Source of the DNA: the human T2T-CHM13v2.0 reference genome, Homo sapiens
Direction: 5' to 3' (one strand)
Length of the DNA: 64,000 nt
Assembly: GCF_009914755.1 (NCBI RefSeq)
Contig: NC_060935.1
Shown here: piece after piece, positions 1-15,085 of the stretch
Numbering within the stretch: the first letter of the stretch is position 1
How the letters are laid out: each line of letters starts with the position of its first letter
Made by a program: the position numbers and the translations under genes
Notes under the pieces: generated by a model
Database searches by the model: none
What the model saw: only the letters and a program-made list of their open reading frames with translations
Told to the model about the DNA's origin: nothing

Positions 1-885
1 TTTATCGTCATTGTTGAGTTCAGAAAACATTGGCTTAGTTTTTCACTTCAAAACAAATTTCAAGCATGAATATTTACAAAAAAAAGTATATTTTCAGAGT
101 CTGTTAAGATAACACTAATAACCTATTTAAAACATGAAGGTGTCAACTTAAGGACAACTATTTTTTGCTGGATGTTCATTTGCTTCCAGAAATCTAAAAA
201 AAAAAAAAAAAAGCTTAATTTGCTTCTGTAACCCCATCCTACCTCCTTTGAGTAGGCACAGTTTGATAGGTCTCATTTCAGAATAAACCAAAGTGATTGG
301 CATTCCTTGGGCTTACTGTTTAGTTTTCTGAATTGTTATCCCAGTGACTTGGGCAAATAGGCAGCCATTTTAGTTGGCTTTTTTTAATGCACATTTTGAA
401 TATAAAGATGTCAGTGTATGTATGGAAGGGGAGTCATTTTCCAGTTTATATTCTGAAACAAGTTTTTGTTGTTGTTGTTCCACTGAAGGTTTTCTTTCTT
501 TTTGATCCAAAGACCAACCACTTCTTACATAGGAAAGTCCCCAGGCTGACATCTCATGGCTGCTTTGACTTTTGGAAAAGTTGGGCTGCTATTTTTGCTG
601 CAGCTACTGCAGCTGTCTAGGGTATTAATAATTGAGAAAATTTGGATGATAGAAGACTTAATTTTAGTGCAGGCATGCTGCACATGTAGTCCTATCTTCA
701 TATGAAACAGATGCATTATTTCCCTCCAGGATAGATACTGATGCAATTGCCCCAGGCCATTATAATGTGTGTGTAGAACTGGTATGTGGAAATTGTCAAC
801 CTTTTATTCTATTTGGTGCACCTGTATTCTAAGCACCTTCTATTGGAGGTTTTGCGTGTTGTTAGAGTCTACTTCCAAGCTTATA

Positions 886-1090
886 CAGATTGAGTAGCCC
901 TAATCTGAAATATCTGGGACCAGAAATGTTTTGGATTTTGGAATATTTACATTATACTTACAGCATCCCAAATCTGAAAATCCAAAGTGTTTCACTGAGC
1001 ACTTCCCTTGAGCCTCATGTCATGCTCAAAAAGTTTTGGATTTTGGCATATTTTAGATTTTAGATTTTTAGATTTGAGATGTTCAACCTG
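886..1090. mobile_element. Tigger4 (Zombi)-family MITE, TcMar DNA transposon
   Basis: Termini cagattgag...ttcaacctg form inverted repeats flanked by TA on both sides; internal ttttggattttgg motifs. Confidence 0.8.
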
Positions 1091-2299
1091 TAATATTGTC
1101 ATTTCAGATTCTTCTTTGCAAATTTATTTCCATATGCAAATAAGTTACTTATAAATACTACCATAGCACCAATGCAGTGTTGCAGTTTCTCTATAACTCT
1201 TTCAGCCATGCCAGTGCTATATTTTTTTGTTTTTGTTTTTGTGTGTGTGAACTGTGTGTTTTTTTTTTTTTTTAGAACACAAGAATATAAAATCCTATAA
1301 TTGTCTGTGATAATTAGTTCCAGCTTAGGGGTAGGGAGGCAGACACAGTCTTGTGGTAAGCCTAGCAGAGAGTAGTTCAGCGTACAGGATGTGAGTCCAG
1401 GAAAATGTGAAAACTTCTGCCACAGTCATTCTATTCTGTAGGAAATGAATAGGATGATGAGAAGGACAATAGGATCATTGTTCTTGCCCCTACATCACAA
1501 AACAATGACAAGTTCATAAGGCAGAACTCACTAGATCACACAGGAAGTTCTTTCGATAGACAGGCATGGATGATTTTCTGGCTAATAGGACACCTGTGTG
1601 CACACAAGCATATATAGAGTTAAAGCACTTTTGCTCATGGGAAGTATAATTTGAGAAGATGGCATAGGGTGTGAGCCACCATTTCTAGATTGCTAGGTGG
1701 TTAGCCTCCCAATTAGACTTTATCTGGGTGGCCAATAATAAACATTTGTTGTTCGCTAAATATTGCCTGTTTGGAGGATACCAAAGGAGAAGATATGTAG
1801 AAAGCATGGCAGAAGGAAGATGACACACAATGAGATGAGAACTTGGGAAGTGTATCCTGTTAGGAGGGTAATGGGCTCTGCTAGGAAAAAAAAATAATCA
1901 GCATAGAGTTAATGCGGTCACTCCCTAAGAAAACAGATAGAGCACCTTTAGGGCCCTTTAATAATAGAGACAAAAGGAGTTTTATTTCAGAGCAGGAATG
2001 GAGTGGGTGCTATTCCAGTTTTCAGTGGGTCAGTTTGTATCCTCAGCTCAAGAGTAGGTTAGGAGCATGAGCTTTGTAGGAGGAGCAAGCCCTGGAAGAA
2101 GGCACCTTTTCCTCCCTCCCTTCACTCTTCCTAACCCACTAGGCTGCCCAGCTGCTCTGTTCTCTGCTGTAACTCCTGCTGTCTTCCCAGAGGATAGGGA
2201 AGTAAAAGCAGACATTTGTGGAATATGACCTAGAGGATTCCAGGGGCAGCAGTGCATAATCATAATGGGCTTGGCATTGTGTACTTTTAGACTGTCAAT

Positions 2300-2660
2300 C
2301 AGCAAGCAGTCACAGAGTGCCTACTAATGTGAGATGCTGGACTAGGCCAAGCTGAATACACAGGTGACCAAGATGTGATCCCTGCCCTCAAAGAACTCAG
2401 ATAAGTGGGCAAGAGACCAGAGAACAATTAGAAGAATAGACTATTGCAGCTGCTCCCACAGACACCTGTGCATGGCACTGTGGAGACCCATTCTACCCCC
2501 AGGGCAAGGAAGGTTCCTAAATAACTTCTAAAGGGTGAGTCTTGAAAGGTCAGAGAGTTCACCACAAGAGATGATGGGTGGAAGAGGATTCCAAGTGGAG
2601 ACAGCCAGGCATGGAACCCATTTCTGGAGAATGGGTTTACTTGAGGAAATCATGGATCCC
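2300..2660 (-). mobile_element. L2 fragment
   Basis: Degenerate L2 3' region motifs (gtgcctactaatgtg...ccctgccctcaaagaactca). Boundaries approximate. Confidence 0.55.
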
Positions 2661-3493
2661 ACAGAGGAAGGTTTTACAAACAATCATCCATTGATTGTAC
2701 CAAATTGCCATGAACTGTGTCTGGTGAGGCTCTTCTAGCCTCTGGGCAGCATCAACTCCTTGTCCTGTTGTACCTGGGGTGAAAGGAGGGGCATGGAAGA
2801 GCCCACAGTACAACAGACTCATAGGCACAGAGGTCTTTTCAGACCTGGGACAAGCCTTGTGCATGCTTCATCACACAGATTCCTGCATATGGGGGAGAAA
2901 CCTCAGAACAAAGTTTTCTAAAGGAAAAAATTCGAGGTCATCAATTCCTGTGGACAGAAGTTCAGCCATGAAATTTGGGAAATGGAAACACAACCCGGTT
3001 GGAAACGGCTGTTAATATTTTTATATTAGCACTAATACGCATCTACACAGTGCTTTAAGGCTTATGAGCCCATCACACATTCAGTCCTCCTGACTCTGCT
3101 GTGGGCTGGCATAACACTCACACCTTTTGGGTGAGAAACGGAGATGCTCTCCCCAGGACTCAAGCCTGATGCTTTTCCATCAGCATTTGTAACCCTCAGT
3201 GCCGCCCTCCTCTTGGCCCTGGTAAAATGGCACCAGGTCTGTAACCCAAAGGCAGAGAGGCACAGCAGTGGCTTCCCTTTCCTGGAGCAAGCCCAGCCTT
3301 GGCTTGTTTTTAAGGAGCGCTTTGCCCTGTTTCAGTCTGACCCAGATGCTTTTGGGGCCAAATCCTTGGAGATGGAGCTTTAGAAACAACACTCCCACCC
3401 CATTCCCTCTCCCCCACCAAATTCATCCCCTTGGCCCTTAAATAAGTTTGCGTGTGTGCGTCAGAGCTGGTTAAAATGTTTTGTCTATTTAAC

Positions 3494-3507
3494 ATTGCCA
3501 TGGCAAC
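3494..3507. promoter_or_regulatory. RFX X-box-like palindrome ATTGCCATGGCAAC
   Basis: 13/14 match to GTTGCCATGGCAAC in non-repeat sequence. Confidence 0.45.
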
Positions 3508-3949
3508 CAAGGGGCATCTCTTTGGCTTTCAAGTGGTGTGTTCAGCAGAGTTATCTGTTAGTGTGGAAGGAAAAACATTGCTTGGAGGTTAGCCAGTGGG
3601 TGCTGGGGCGGCCCTGCTTCCCAATTTGAACTCACTGTACTCAGGACATTGGGGGCATTGGCTCACTTTGGAGCCTGGGAATAGCCAGTGGCAGGGGGTG
3701 GTTTTCTTTTTTCATCATTATTATTTTAAGCAGCTTGGCTGTCTGTTGTTGATTAGGAGAAGTGCAAAGTTAGGGAGGCTTGCTTGCCTTTTCAGCAAAA
3801 AAGCCCCAGGCCTGCTTTCCCCTTTAGCTGATCTTGGACCTGGGGTCAGCTGAGCCTCCCAGCGCTGAGCCCCTGCTTCCTCCTGGGCTCTTCAAGGAGT
3901 CCTCCTGCCTTCTTCCCTCAGTGCATCTAGACGGAGGGCCAGCCTGAGC

Positions 3950-4280
3950 TTGGGGACCAGCCAGGCCAGGTTTCTAATTCCTTTTCTGCTATTCTGCAGC
4001 CTTGAGCTAATTACTTGACTCTTTGAAGCCTCATATTTCCTGTTCTATGAAGTGGGGTTGATAATAATACATACCTCATAAAGATTTCATGAAGACTAAT
4101 GAGGCAATGAAAATGATAATAATGGATAATATTAATTAAAGTGATAAAATATAACCAAAGCTTACAGTGTTTGTCTTGTGCCAAGCACCATTCTAAGTGC
4201 TTTACAAATACAGCATGTCCCCTTAGTTCATCCTCCCAACAGCCCTTTGATGCGGGTGATCTTATTATCCCTATTCTCCT
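3950..4280. mobile_element. MIR fragments (opposite orientations)
   Basis: MIR core motifs: ccttgagctaattactt...aataatacatacctcata; gtgccaagcaccattctaagtgcttta. Confidence 0.6.
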
Positions 4281-6329
4281 GGCATATAATCAGCACTCAG
4301 TATATGGCAGTTACTACGATAATGAAGATTTCTTTCAGTGATCATTCATGTTTTGGGGGACATAGAACCTTTTGGAAATCTGAGAACCCTTCAGAAATCT
4401 TCTAGCTCTCTCCTCCCCAAATTGCACTTATCCCAGAATTTTGCATACAACCTGAGCAGATCATGAACCCCAGAGGCCAGCTCATGTATGCCCTGGGGCT
4501 CCATAGACTCCAGGTTTGGTGCCCCTGCTGCATAGAGCACAGCCCTTCTTCTCACCCTGTCCTTTCAGGGAGCTCTATGGAAAATGCCAGCACTGGAGTT
4601 CCTAAGACAGTAGGAATCTGCACTTAGGCACAGAGAAGGGCCAGGCAGTGATTTTCTAACTTCTATTCCATAAGCAGAACCCCTCATTTTCCCAAATAAA
4701 AGCTGTGGAACCCCATATATGAGTGATAAAAGCTGCTATAAGTAGGGGTAGGTAGCCCAGGACAGGGCCACCATAGCTGCCCCTTGCAGGAGGCCAGCAC
4801 CTGGGGAGATGCAGCGGGATGTAGCCTAGGAAGGAACATGGCAGTGTCAGGTTTCAGCTCTGCTCTTGGCTCCAGCCCTCCTTTCTCTGGTCCTCCTCAG
4901 TCTCTTTTCTGTGAAGTCGGATTAGGTCTTACCTCTGACCTCTGCAAGGCATCACAGCTGAGAGCAAGGGCTGGGAAGGCCAACTGCTTGTAACCCAGGT
5001 GTGTCCCTTAGTCTCTAAGGGAGCCAGTTCCTATAACAGAGGTAGTAACAGTACTTGCCTCATGGGGTTGTTTTAAGGCTTCCATGAGACAATCTACATG
5101 AAGTGCTGGCACGTTGCTGGCCACAGAGTTGCTGGCCTCAGTAGATGTTAGCTCTTTTGATGATTTTTCAAGGGACTTAAGTATTTGTTAAAAAACAGAC
5201 ATGCCTCGGGAACAGCCAACTCTGCTTTTGGGTGGGGGCTTGTTTAGTGGGGTTTGAATTCATTTGTATGCCTACATCTCTCTGAATGATAGCACTGGAC
5301 TCAAAGGAAACCCCTGAGAGATCTCATGTCACAGAACACTGTGGTCAGTCTCGCTCAGTCCCATCATAAGTGGCCCTGGATAATCCACTTGGCCTTAGCA
5401 CTTCACTTCCTTCTGTGAGAAATGTGGAAGAGAACAACACCTCGCAGGGTTACCATGAGATTTTAATGAGCTAACATTTATTGATCACTCACTATGCACC
5501 AGACTATGTGCTGAGAGCCTACTCAATCACTCAAAACAGCCCTATGATAAAGATGCAGTTATTGTCTATATTTTGTACATGGGGACTGAGGATTTAAAAG
5601 GGTGCTCGTGGTCCCAGATTCTTTACCTAGGGAGAGGCAGAGTTGGAGCTCGAACCCAAGTCTATTTTCAGAGATATGGTGTTTACCTCTGTGACAGAGA
5701 AGGGGTATCATAAAAATAGTCTCCACCTCACCAAGCCGTGTTCTCCTTAGTTTTCATCTGCAGCTACAGCAGAACCAGTTAGGTTTAGCTGAGAGTTAGC
5801 AAAAAGGGAGGAGATGGAACATTTCTGGAAAGGGCCTGAGTTGACCTGCTGATGGCAACATGAAAGCTGAAACAGGGGCAGGTGGCCCCTTGTGAAAGGC
5901 AGCTCCTTGAATTGGCCTCGAAGAGCCCTGGCGCCAGGTACCTCTCTGGCTACATTCTCTCCAGAGCCTCCTGGGCCAGGAAAAGGCCATCTGCAGTGGG
6001 ATCAGATTTCCAGGCCCAGTGACCTTGAGCCCTCCCAACAGCTGCCAGAAAGCCGGCCACATGCCTGGGGAGTGTCTGAGATCCTTGGGCAGCTGAGTTG
6101 CCTCTTCCCTGGGCCCTGGGCCTATTTTTACACAGCTCTAAGGGCACACACATGTTGCAGAACCAAGAAGGAATGAAGAAAAGTCCATAGGCCACTTAGA
6201 ATTTAAAGCAAAGTAGAAAGAGCTCAGGGCCAAGATCAGCAGGAAGCATCCACTGCTTCCCACCCAGGGCAGCATATACACACTATCTTATGTGTTGGCC
6301 ATCGTTCATTGTCTTTCAAAGGTGGCAAC

Positions 6330-6880
6330 AACCTCCACGTCTGTCTGTCTCTTCAGTCATGCCTGTTTAAAACTGTCATTGCCTTCCCATTTCCCTCTCC
6401 ATACTCTTTAGCACGGAATAGAAGATCCTTCAAGATCTGATTACCATCCTCTCCTGCCACTTGGCCACTCAAACTCTACACCCCAGCGAGACCAGATACC
6501 TTGTAGTATGCCAAAGAGGCCGTGTATTTTCATGCCTTTGTACTTTGGTAATATACAAAGTACTTATTTACAGATAAAGTACTGTCCAGTCTGCCACAGG
6601 ACTGATCTCCCGCTTGCCCCTTCCTGGGCAGTGTGACCTTTAATATTCAGGTCACTTGTTTCCTCAAAGTGTTGACATAATGAGGTGCCTATCATCTTTT
6701 GTGTCCCCAAGTGTCCTGTGCCTGCTTTTAACATAATACACTCTCTTGTGGTTGTCTGTTTACTCATCTTCTTGAAGGAAATACCATGTCTTTCACTTGA
6801 GTATCCTAAGCGTCTGTCATTTTGGTGACTGGGCCTGTAGTCAGCATTTAGTAAATACAGGATGGGTAGATGGACAGACG
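6330..6880 (+). mobile_element. L2 3' fragment
   Basis: catgcctgtttaaaact...cctttaatattcaggtcac...cagcatttagtaaata...gatgg, typical of the L2 3' end. Confidence 0.55.
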
Positions 6881-7479
6881 GAAAGACCAGGGAGGGAGCT
6901 GGCCTGAATGTGTGTGTGTGTAGCTGGAGGATTCTAACATACCATTATTCTGATTTCATTATCTACAGCTGAGCAGTGCTTTGACAACTCAGTATTAATT
7001 TGGAAGTTCCTAATAGGATTTAAGAAATAGATATGTAGTGCTGTTCTAGAAGTGTCTTTCCCTAATTCTTTTCTTCCTCAGTTTATCCAGAGGACCCAAA
7101 TAGAACATTGTAATTACTCTCAGGACTTGTGGTTAATTTTTAGTTTATTGAGTTTTTTGTGTTGCTTGAGGTGAGCATATTTAATTAAGCACCCTCACAA
7201 CCACCAGTTTATTAATGTTAATAACAAAAATGATGATAAGGTACTGTTCTAAGTGCCTTCCATGTTTTAACTCATTTTATTCTCATAACCATCCTATAGA
7301 ATGAGGAATATATTTTATCCATTCCATTAAAAAGAATGGAGAACTTAGACCTTGATGCCATTTAATGTGCTCTGCCAGGGGCCAGCTGTGGGTTGTGATA
7401 AAGAACCTCTCATTCTTTCCCCTCACACAGTAGCACCTTTGTCCCTGACTTTCCACCATGCTTTTATTTAACAAGGTAT

Positions 7480-7710
7480 AGCAAACACTTAGAGTAGGTA
7501 CTGGTTTAGATATTTTATCTGTATTGACTGATTTTATCTTCCTAAAACTCTATGAGAGCATATACAATTGTGATTGCCATTTTATAGATGAGGAAACAGA
7601 GACAGAGAGCAGTTGAGTAACTTGCCCAAGGTCACACAGCTAGTAAGTGGCAAGCTGGGGTTTGTTTGCTGGAAGCCTGGCTCGAGAGTCTACTCCCTTA
7701 ACTGTTTTGC
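7480..7710 (-). mobile_element. MIR
   Basis: ccattttatagatgaggaaacagagacagagag...taacttgcccaaggtcacacagctagtaagtggc, near-consensus MIR core. Confidence 0.85.
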
Positions 7711-8155
7711 TATTCTACATGTAAAGGAATTGATTAAAGAAGAAAAAAAAGACTCACTATGACATGGAAAGGCAAACATTCCATTTGTAACCCTAGCCCC
7801 TCATCTAGGCATAGGCAGAGGCTCAGGATGAGACATTCTGTTTTGGGAAGGAGATGTGGGATAAGAAGAATAAGCATGGGCTCTGGGATCAGGCTGACCT
7901 AGGTTCCACACACGGGGTATGTGTGCTGGGCCAGTTAATTGAATTTCTCTGAGTCTGTCTTCTCATCTGGAAAAGGATAATGATGGAAGCTACCTTCTAG
8001 GGTTGTTGTGATGGGGGTATAAAAGGCACCTGGTCTCATCCTGGCTCACAGTTAATGCAAGTGAGAAGGTCATTCCCTGCCCTGTTTACAAGTCACATAT
8101 TTCCTAACTATGGTACATCAAAAGATTTTTTCCTATTCAAAAAGTACGCCCTCAG

Positions 8156-8662
8156 TGGGGTAGCTGAACAGTGTCAACCCATCCCCAACAATGTTCACAT
8201 CCTAATCCCCAGAACCTGTGAATATGTTATCTTACCTGACGAGAGACTTTCCAAATGCGATTAAGGATTTTGAGATGGGATAATGATCCTGGATTATCTG
8301 GGCAGGCCCAATGTGATTACAAGCATTCTTATAAGAGAGAGGCAGGAAGGTGAGAGAGATGTGACAATGGAAGTAAAGTTGGAGAGAGAGATTGGAAGAT
8401 GCTAAGTTGCAGGCTTTGAAGGTGGAAGAAGGGGCCATGAGCCAAGGAATGCAGGTGGCCTCCACAAGCTGGAAAAGGTAAAGGAAACAGATTCTCCTCT
8501 AGAGCTTCCAGAATGGATGCAGCCCTGCCAAATCCTAGGTTTTAGCCCACTGAGACTGATTTTGGACTTCTGACCTCCAGAACTGTAGATAATACATTTG
8601 TATTGTTTTAAGCCACTAAGTTTGTGGTTAATTTGTTGCAGCAGCAATAGGAAACTAATACA
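8156..8662 (+). mobile_element. MLT1 (MLT1D-like) MaLR solo LTR
   Basis: TG...CA ends, about 507 bp, motifs cctaatccccagaacctgtgaatatgtt and gcagcaataggaaactaataca; degenerate 5-bp TSD ctcag/ctctg. Confidence 0.85.
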
Positions 8663-9504
8663 CTCTGGGATTCATGCAAAATAACTCTTGCTGTATCAGA
8701 GAGTAAGCTATTTGGGTTTTATAGCACAGGCTCATTTTGCTGTAAATGTGGGTTCCTTGGATTTCTGAGTTTACTGGAAGGTGCCTCTATTGTTAGAACC
8801 CTTCAGAATGGAGCTTGCTGCATCAGTACATTCAGAGCACGTCACTGTAGGGAAGCATGTGGAGGACAGAGACCCACAGTTTTTTATTTCTAGTACTGTG
8901 TCCACATTGTGGGCCGATATACATACTAAGCTGTCATGGGAGAGGCAAGTGCATTTCATCTCAGTAATTAGAAGTGAATATTGCATCTTCTGGACCTCTT
9001 TGCCAATGTAAACTCACAAATAGGTACTTTGTCCCCACAACTAACATATGTTTGTCTTGTTAATTAACATAACATTTAAGCAAATGTTAGGAATTTACCA
9101 TATTTTATATGCTATTTAATAACATCAAAGCTTTGTAATGTGAATAGTTTTTTTAAAAATCTCTTTCAGTTCAATAAAAATATCCATATTCTCAGCACCT
9201 GGCACAGGCCTAAGGCCTAGGTATGTTAGAAGTGCTCAGCTAATTTTTCTCAGATGAGAAAGCTAAACAATAAGTGGTCCAACAATCCAGGAGTTTCACA
9301 GAGAATGGAGTGATGTGACATATCAAATTTTAATATTTTGAGCGCACTGTGTAAGTTTAAGTGCTCTCAAGAAATGTGGGATTCAGTCTCTTCTCTCACA
9401 ATTTTATATTTTAACTCAGTTCTAAAGGTATATGAAAAGACACCAAAATAACAGATTATTTTTATTAATAAGGGAAATGGTGTTTGGGTTGGTAAAGCCT
9501 CCAA

Positions 9505-9685
9505 TAGCCGTGTTCAAACTTTATATGTGAGAGGCACCTGGAGAGATTATTAAAACAGATTGCTGGACCCCATCCCCAGAGTTTCTGATTTGGTATGCCT
9601 AGGGAGGAGCTGGGGAATTTGCATTTTTGACAGTCTCCTGGGTGCTGATCATGTTACTGCTCTGGTGACCACACTTTGCCAAGCA
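9505..9685. mobile_element. MER5A (hAT-Charlie)
   Basis: cacctggagag...aaaacagattgctggaccccatccccagagtttctgatt...accacacttt. Confidence 0.8.
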
Positions 9686-9841
9686 TGACACATTGTCTCT
9701 GAGTTAAGTAACAAAGCCTCTTTGCTGGGATATGACTGAGCAAACATGCATTTAAATATATATTAGTCTGTAAAGTTGTTTCCAGTTTTAAAAGTTAATA
9801 TGAGGGAATCCTTTTGCTTTTTGGAAAGGTTAGGATGCCTT

Positions 9842-10063
9842 CAAGCTAGTCCAACCCGTGGCCCACAGGCCACCTGCAGCCCAGGATGGCTTTGAATGAG
9901 CCTCAACACAAAGTTGTAAACTCTCTTAAAACATCATGAGATCTTTTTTTTGTGTGACTTTTTTAAAGCTCATCAGCTATTGTTAGTGTATTTTTTGTGT
10001 GGCCCTAGACAATTCTTCTTTTTGCAATGTGGCCCAGGGAAGTCAAAAGTTTGGGCATTCCTG
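9842..10063. mobile_element. MER30 (hAT-Charlie)
   Basis: gtccaacccgtggccc...gcccaggatggctttgaatg...tgtggcccagggaagtcaaaag. Confidence 0.8.
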
Positions 10064-13000
10064 CTTTGTACATTCTTTTTTCTTAGAACTATTATATGTT
10101 CCAAATTGATATGATTTGAACTGTGCATGTGGTCATGATCTGGTTGGAGTTTGAGATGCCTTCTCTACCCTCTTCCAGCTCACTTAACCTCTGTAACTTT
10201 TTTTTTTTTTCCACTGAACGTCTGGGGTGATAATTCTTTAGGACACTGGGCTTAAATGCCTGTGTCCCCACTAGACATTAACTTCTTTGAGGACAGTAGT
10301 GGCATCTGTCCATTTGCTCACACTGCTTAGCAACCTGGTAGATGCTCACTCAGTGAATGTTTAATGAAGAAATTCCCAACACACCTGCATTGGGACTGAT
10401 GTGTTGTGAGTGGCAACATGTTGTACTCAGGAAGGTTAAAGAATGTAGCAAATGTGAGGCTGACCGAGGTTGGGGCTGGGGGAAGGGAAACATAGCTGTA
10501 GATCTGAGCTGAAAGAGAAATTGGATGGTGATTTATAACCGTGTGGATTGTGGTTTATATAAAAGCCATCTGGGCCTCATGCTTGGATCCACCTCCCTGC
10601 ATATGTCTTCATGGAGTTCTTATGTTTCAGCCTAGCATCAAAGAGGTGTTTTTTTGTATATGTGTTGTTTTTTTAAAAATTTGCCGTGAAGTGGAACTTA
10701 GCAGGGAAATCCTGTTTGGACGTTGTAAGGCATGGTTAGCCTATGGCATCTGCATGTTGGAAACTGGTCAGGTCAGTGGACAAGTGCCAGTGTGCTCACT
10801 TCAGAGAGTAGAGAATGGTGGCCAAAAAGCTAAGTTGAGGTGCTTTTAAAACAAAAACTGAACAGATGCCAACAGTTAGATAAAAATCAATATATTTCAT
10901 TAAAATTGATCTTCTGTGGATTGGCACGCAACAGGCAAAAAATTGTCTGTAACTGGGTAGGAGCTGCCCCCTTTGGGTGGGTGTGGGCTGTTTGTCACAA
11001 TCTCCACCATTCCCTATTGTCTTATACCTAACCCGTTTTACTCATTTGTTACCTGCCTATCCCCCTGCACACATTTGACATTTTTGATCCCTAAATGATG
11101 ATATTCTCATAAGTTTCCTGAGCTTCCTCAGGAATCCTAAGCACTGGCATGTGGTAGCTTGAGAGGCCTATAAATGTTTATATTGACTTAAATTATTCTT
11201 GCTCCTGAAGATTTAGAACCTAAATATCTTCCCTAAGAAACTTACTTCTTCCTCTGTGAAGTGTCCTTTTTAAAATGTAAAGGTTAGATTTGGTTTGCAT
11301 GGACTGATTACTTATTGCCTTGTTGTACTGCTGAAATCAGAGGGCAGGAAAAATGACCAGGCAAGGTGGTCATGTTTCTCCCCAGCTCTGGCAAAGCACT
11401 TGCTGTTTGGTTGTTAATGCCCCATGTTTGTATAGGGCTTCATAGCTTACAGAACACTTCCTATTGTGTTCAAATTCTAACTCTGATGTTTAATAGCTGC
11501 GGCTTAGGAAGGCTCTTAAACACTCTGTGCCTCCATTTCCCCATCTGAAAAATGATAATAATATCTACCTTATCTAGTGGTGGATTAAAAAAATAAAAAT
11601 TAACTGAAATAATAATGTATGGGACAGAATTTAGCGCAGTGCTTCAGGTTTCATAAGAATGCAAATACTAGTTTCTGGCAAGGTCTCTGTATGGCTTTCA
11701 AGAAAGGAATAATTATCCCCATTTTACTGAAGGAAAAACTGAAGCTTAGGGAAATTGAGTACCTTGCCCAGAGGTGGCCAAGGAGCCCTGAGAAATCCAC
11801 AATTCCCTAGACTTTCCACCTGGTCATTCGAAATCCTTGATTCCCCTGTCTACCCTTGAAATCTCCTCTTAGTAATAGCTCCAGTAATGATGAAACTTTG
11901 AGATGAGTTGACTTTTCCTATTTCAGTAGCTTTCTTGGGTGAGAGGGCTCCCACATTGGTGGGAACATGGTACCAGTTACACAGAGTTGGATGTGAGGGC
12001 AGAACCTGTCCACAGTGTCGTCTCATATACTTTCCCCTGAAGGAATATGAAGGCAAGAAGAAAGAGGCATGCATTCCGGGTTTCCACTGAGGGACTACTT
12101 GTGCATGCTTCTAGTGGGAGGCTTTCTGAAATGAGTCAACTTGGAATTAAAGTATTCCTCAGGCCCCCTTCTGTCTCTCCAAGGAGATTGTACAGAAGAA
12201 ACCCTAACCAGAGCAAAGGGCCTTTCATGGTTAGCCTTTGGATAGGGTGTTTCTTCCTACTTGGTCTTTTCCTCTACATACATTGCATAACCAGTCTTGT
12301 GAGACTCCTTTAAGAAGGATTTGCCGGGATTTGATTTGAGTTTCAGAATTCATTGGTTGCCTCCTTTTATGAATGATTATCAAGTGCTCTCTCTTTATGA
12401 TCACCCAGCAGTTTAATTTTAGTCCTTGGGGTGGGTGGAGGGAGACTTCCTGATATATGGATATGTAGATAGAACCATATGAAATGACCAATATTTAACC
12501 ATTTTTTACCTACAAAAATGGCAATTTTATCTAGTTCAACCAAAGATTTGGCAAAGATGTAAACAGTAACAGAGGTTAGCATTCTATGACAACTTAAAAA
12601 TTATCATTCTTTCTTCACAGGTGCATTTGGTATCTTGTGGCCTTGGAAAGCTCAGGGATGTCCTGTAATGGAATCCTTCCTTGTCTAGTTTGTTCTCCTC
12701 TTTCAGTGGATTTTGACCATGCCTCTGACATTGTGGCTATGGCAGCAGGCAGTATGCAGAGTGGAGAATTAGTTATTATATGCTTAATTATTTTTAATTT
12801 CATAATTCCTAATTGGTTGGCATGTAGCTCTTTGCCTTTATCACAGACTTTAGAATTTGAAACTGTTGGCCAAATCGTTTCTTAGTTTAAAATATTTTGT
12901 GTATTCCTTGCAAAATTCCCCAAATTATATATTCACGATCATCAGTGATCTAGGATTCAGGTGCAACTCCTTAGCCATGCCTACAACTAGCTTTGGAAAT

Positions 13001-14174
13001 AAAAAATAGATTGAGGTAATGTATGTGGACGTTTCTAGTATTGTGCCTGGCATATAATAATCACCCACTGATTGCTGGCAGAATTTGAAATTAGAGTGGA
13101 AACAATGGTGATTTGGGGTTAGATTTCTCATAGACATTAACACAATAGGGTGTTCTATAAAGGCAGAGAATAGCGGACCCATGGCCTTCATTCTAGCCAT
13201 CATCAGAGTAGGTGAGCAAAGTCCTGCAGGATTCTGAATTGAGCATTAATGCATTCAAAGGTATTTGCTTGGCTTTGTTTCCTGCTTATGGATGCCACCA
13301 GGACAGGTCTTACATTTAAGTACACACTATCGTTGGAATTTCAGGAAATGCATGGATTGACTGTTCGTGAACAACCAGAAGAACCATAAGCTGCCGATAG
13401 TGGCAAATTGGCTGAGGCACAAAGCACAAAGCTGACTTACACAGGCTGGTGTGAGGGAACTGGTACCAAGCTGAGGAATGAGTTTCACTCTTGGCCTTCC
13501 TCTACAGATTATTCCATTACCATATTCCTTTATATCTACTTGTTTTGTGGGTATAACAATGTGGTCTAGTGCTTCTTCCAAAACTGAAGATTCACTGCAC
13601 TCTAGAGACATATCTACTCCTGAATTTCAAGGATCTGATGTCTTATTTAATTTTGCATTTATATTCTGCTACCTCTTGAAGATTCTATGGTGGCTTATGG
13701 GTTTAAGCATGTAATATGGCAAAGATGCCAAAGAAACAATCCAGACCTCTTTAAAAGAGCATGGTGAGTAAGTGTCAGGCTTTTGAGTAGGTGCCTTGAT
13801 AAGAATAAGTTGTCCCTTAATATATTTGTGACTGTATGTTTAGTGGAGTGATTGTTTACTTAAAGTCAACTCTTGCCCAGGAGACTAGCTGCTCCTTGAG
13901 GGAAGGACCACACTGTCTTGTCTGCCTGCGTTTTCTGCCCATTGAATAGGACTGAGAAGAGAGTAGATGCTCAATCTGTATTTTCAAGGAATGAATGAGA
14001 CTGTCAGGTTCCAGGTAATTGCACTGGGTGAAATCTCCAACAAGTGTCTGTAGTCCCACTCTGTCTACCTCTGTTGTCTGTCTTAGGGGACTGGAAGTCA
14101 GGATTTTTTTCTTAAAGTTTGAGTCCAAGTTTATGTCCTCTTCTGTGGGTAAAACCAATGTTTTCTGCAAAAAC

Positions 14175-15085
<911 letters not shown>

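Noticed and set aside
12601-12626. Strong-looking acceptor attctttcttcacag
   Set aside because: No convincing paired donor or NAV-like peptide downstream.
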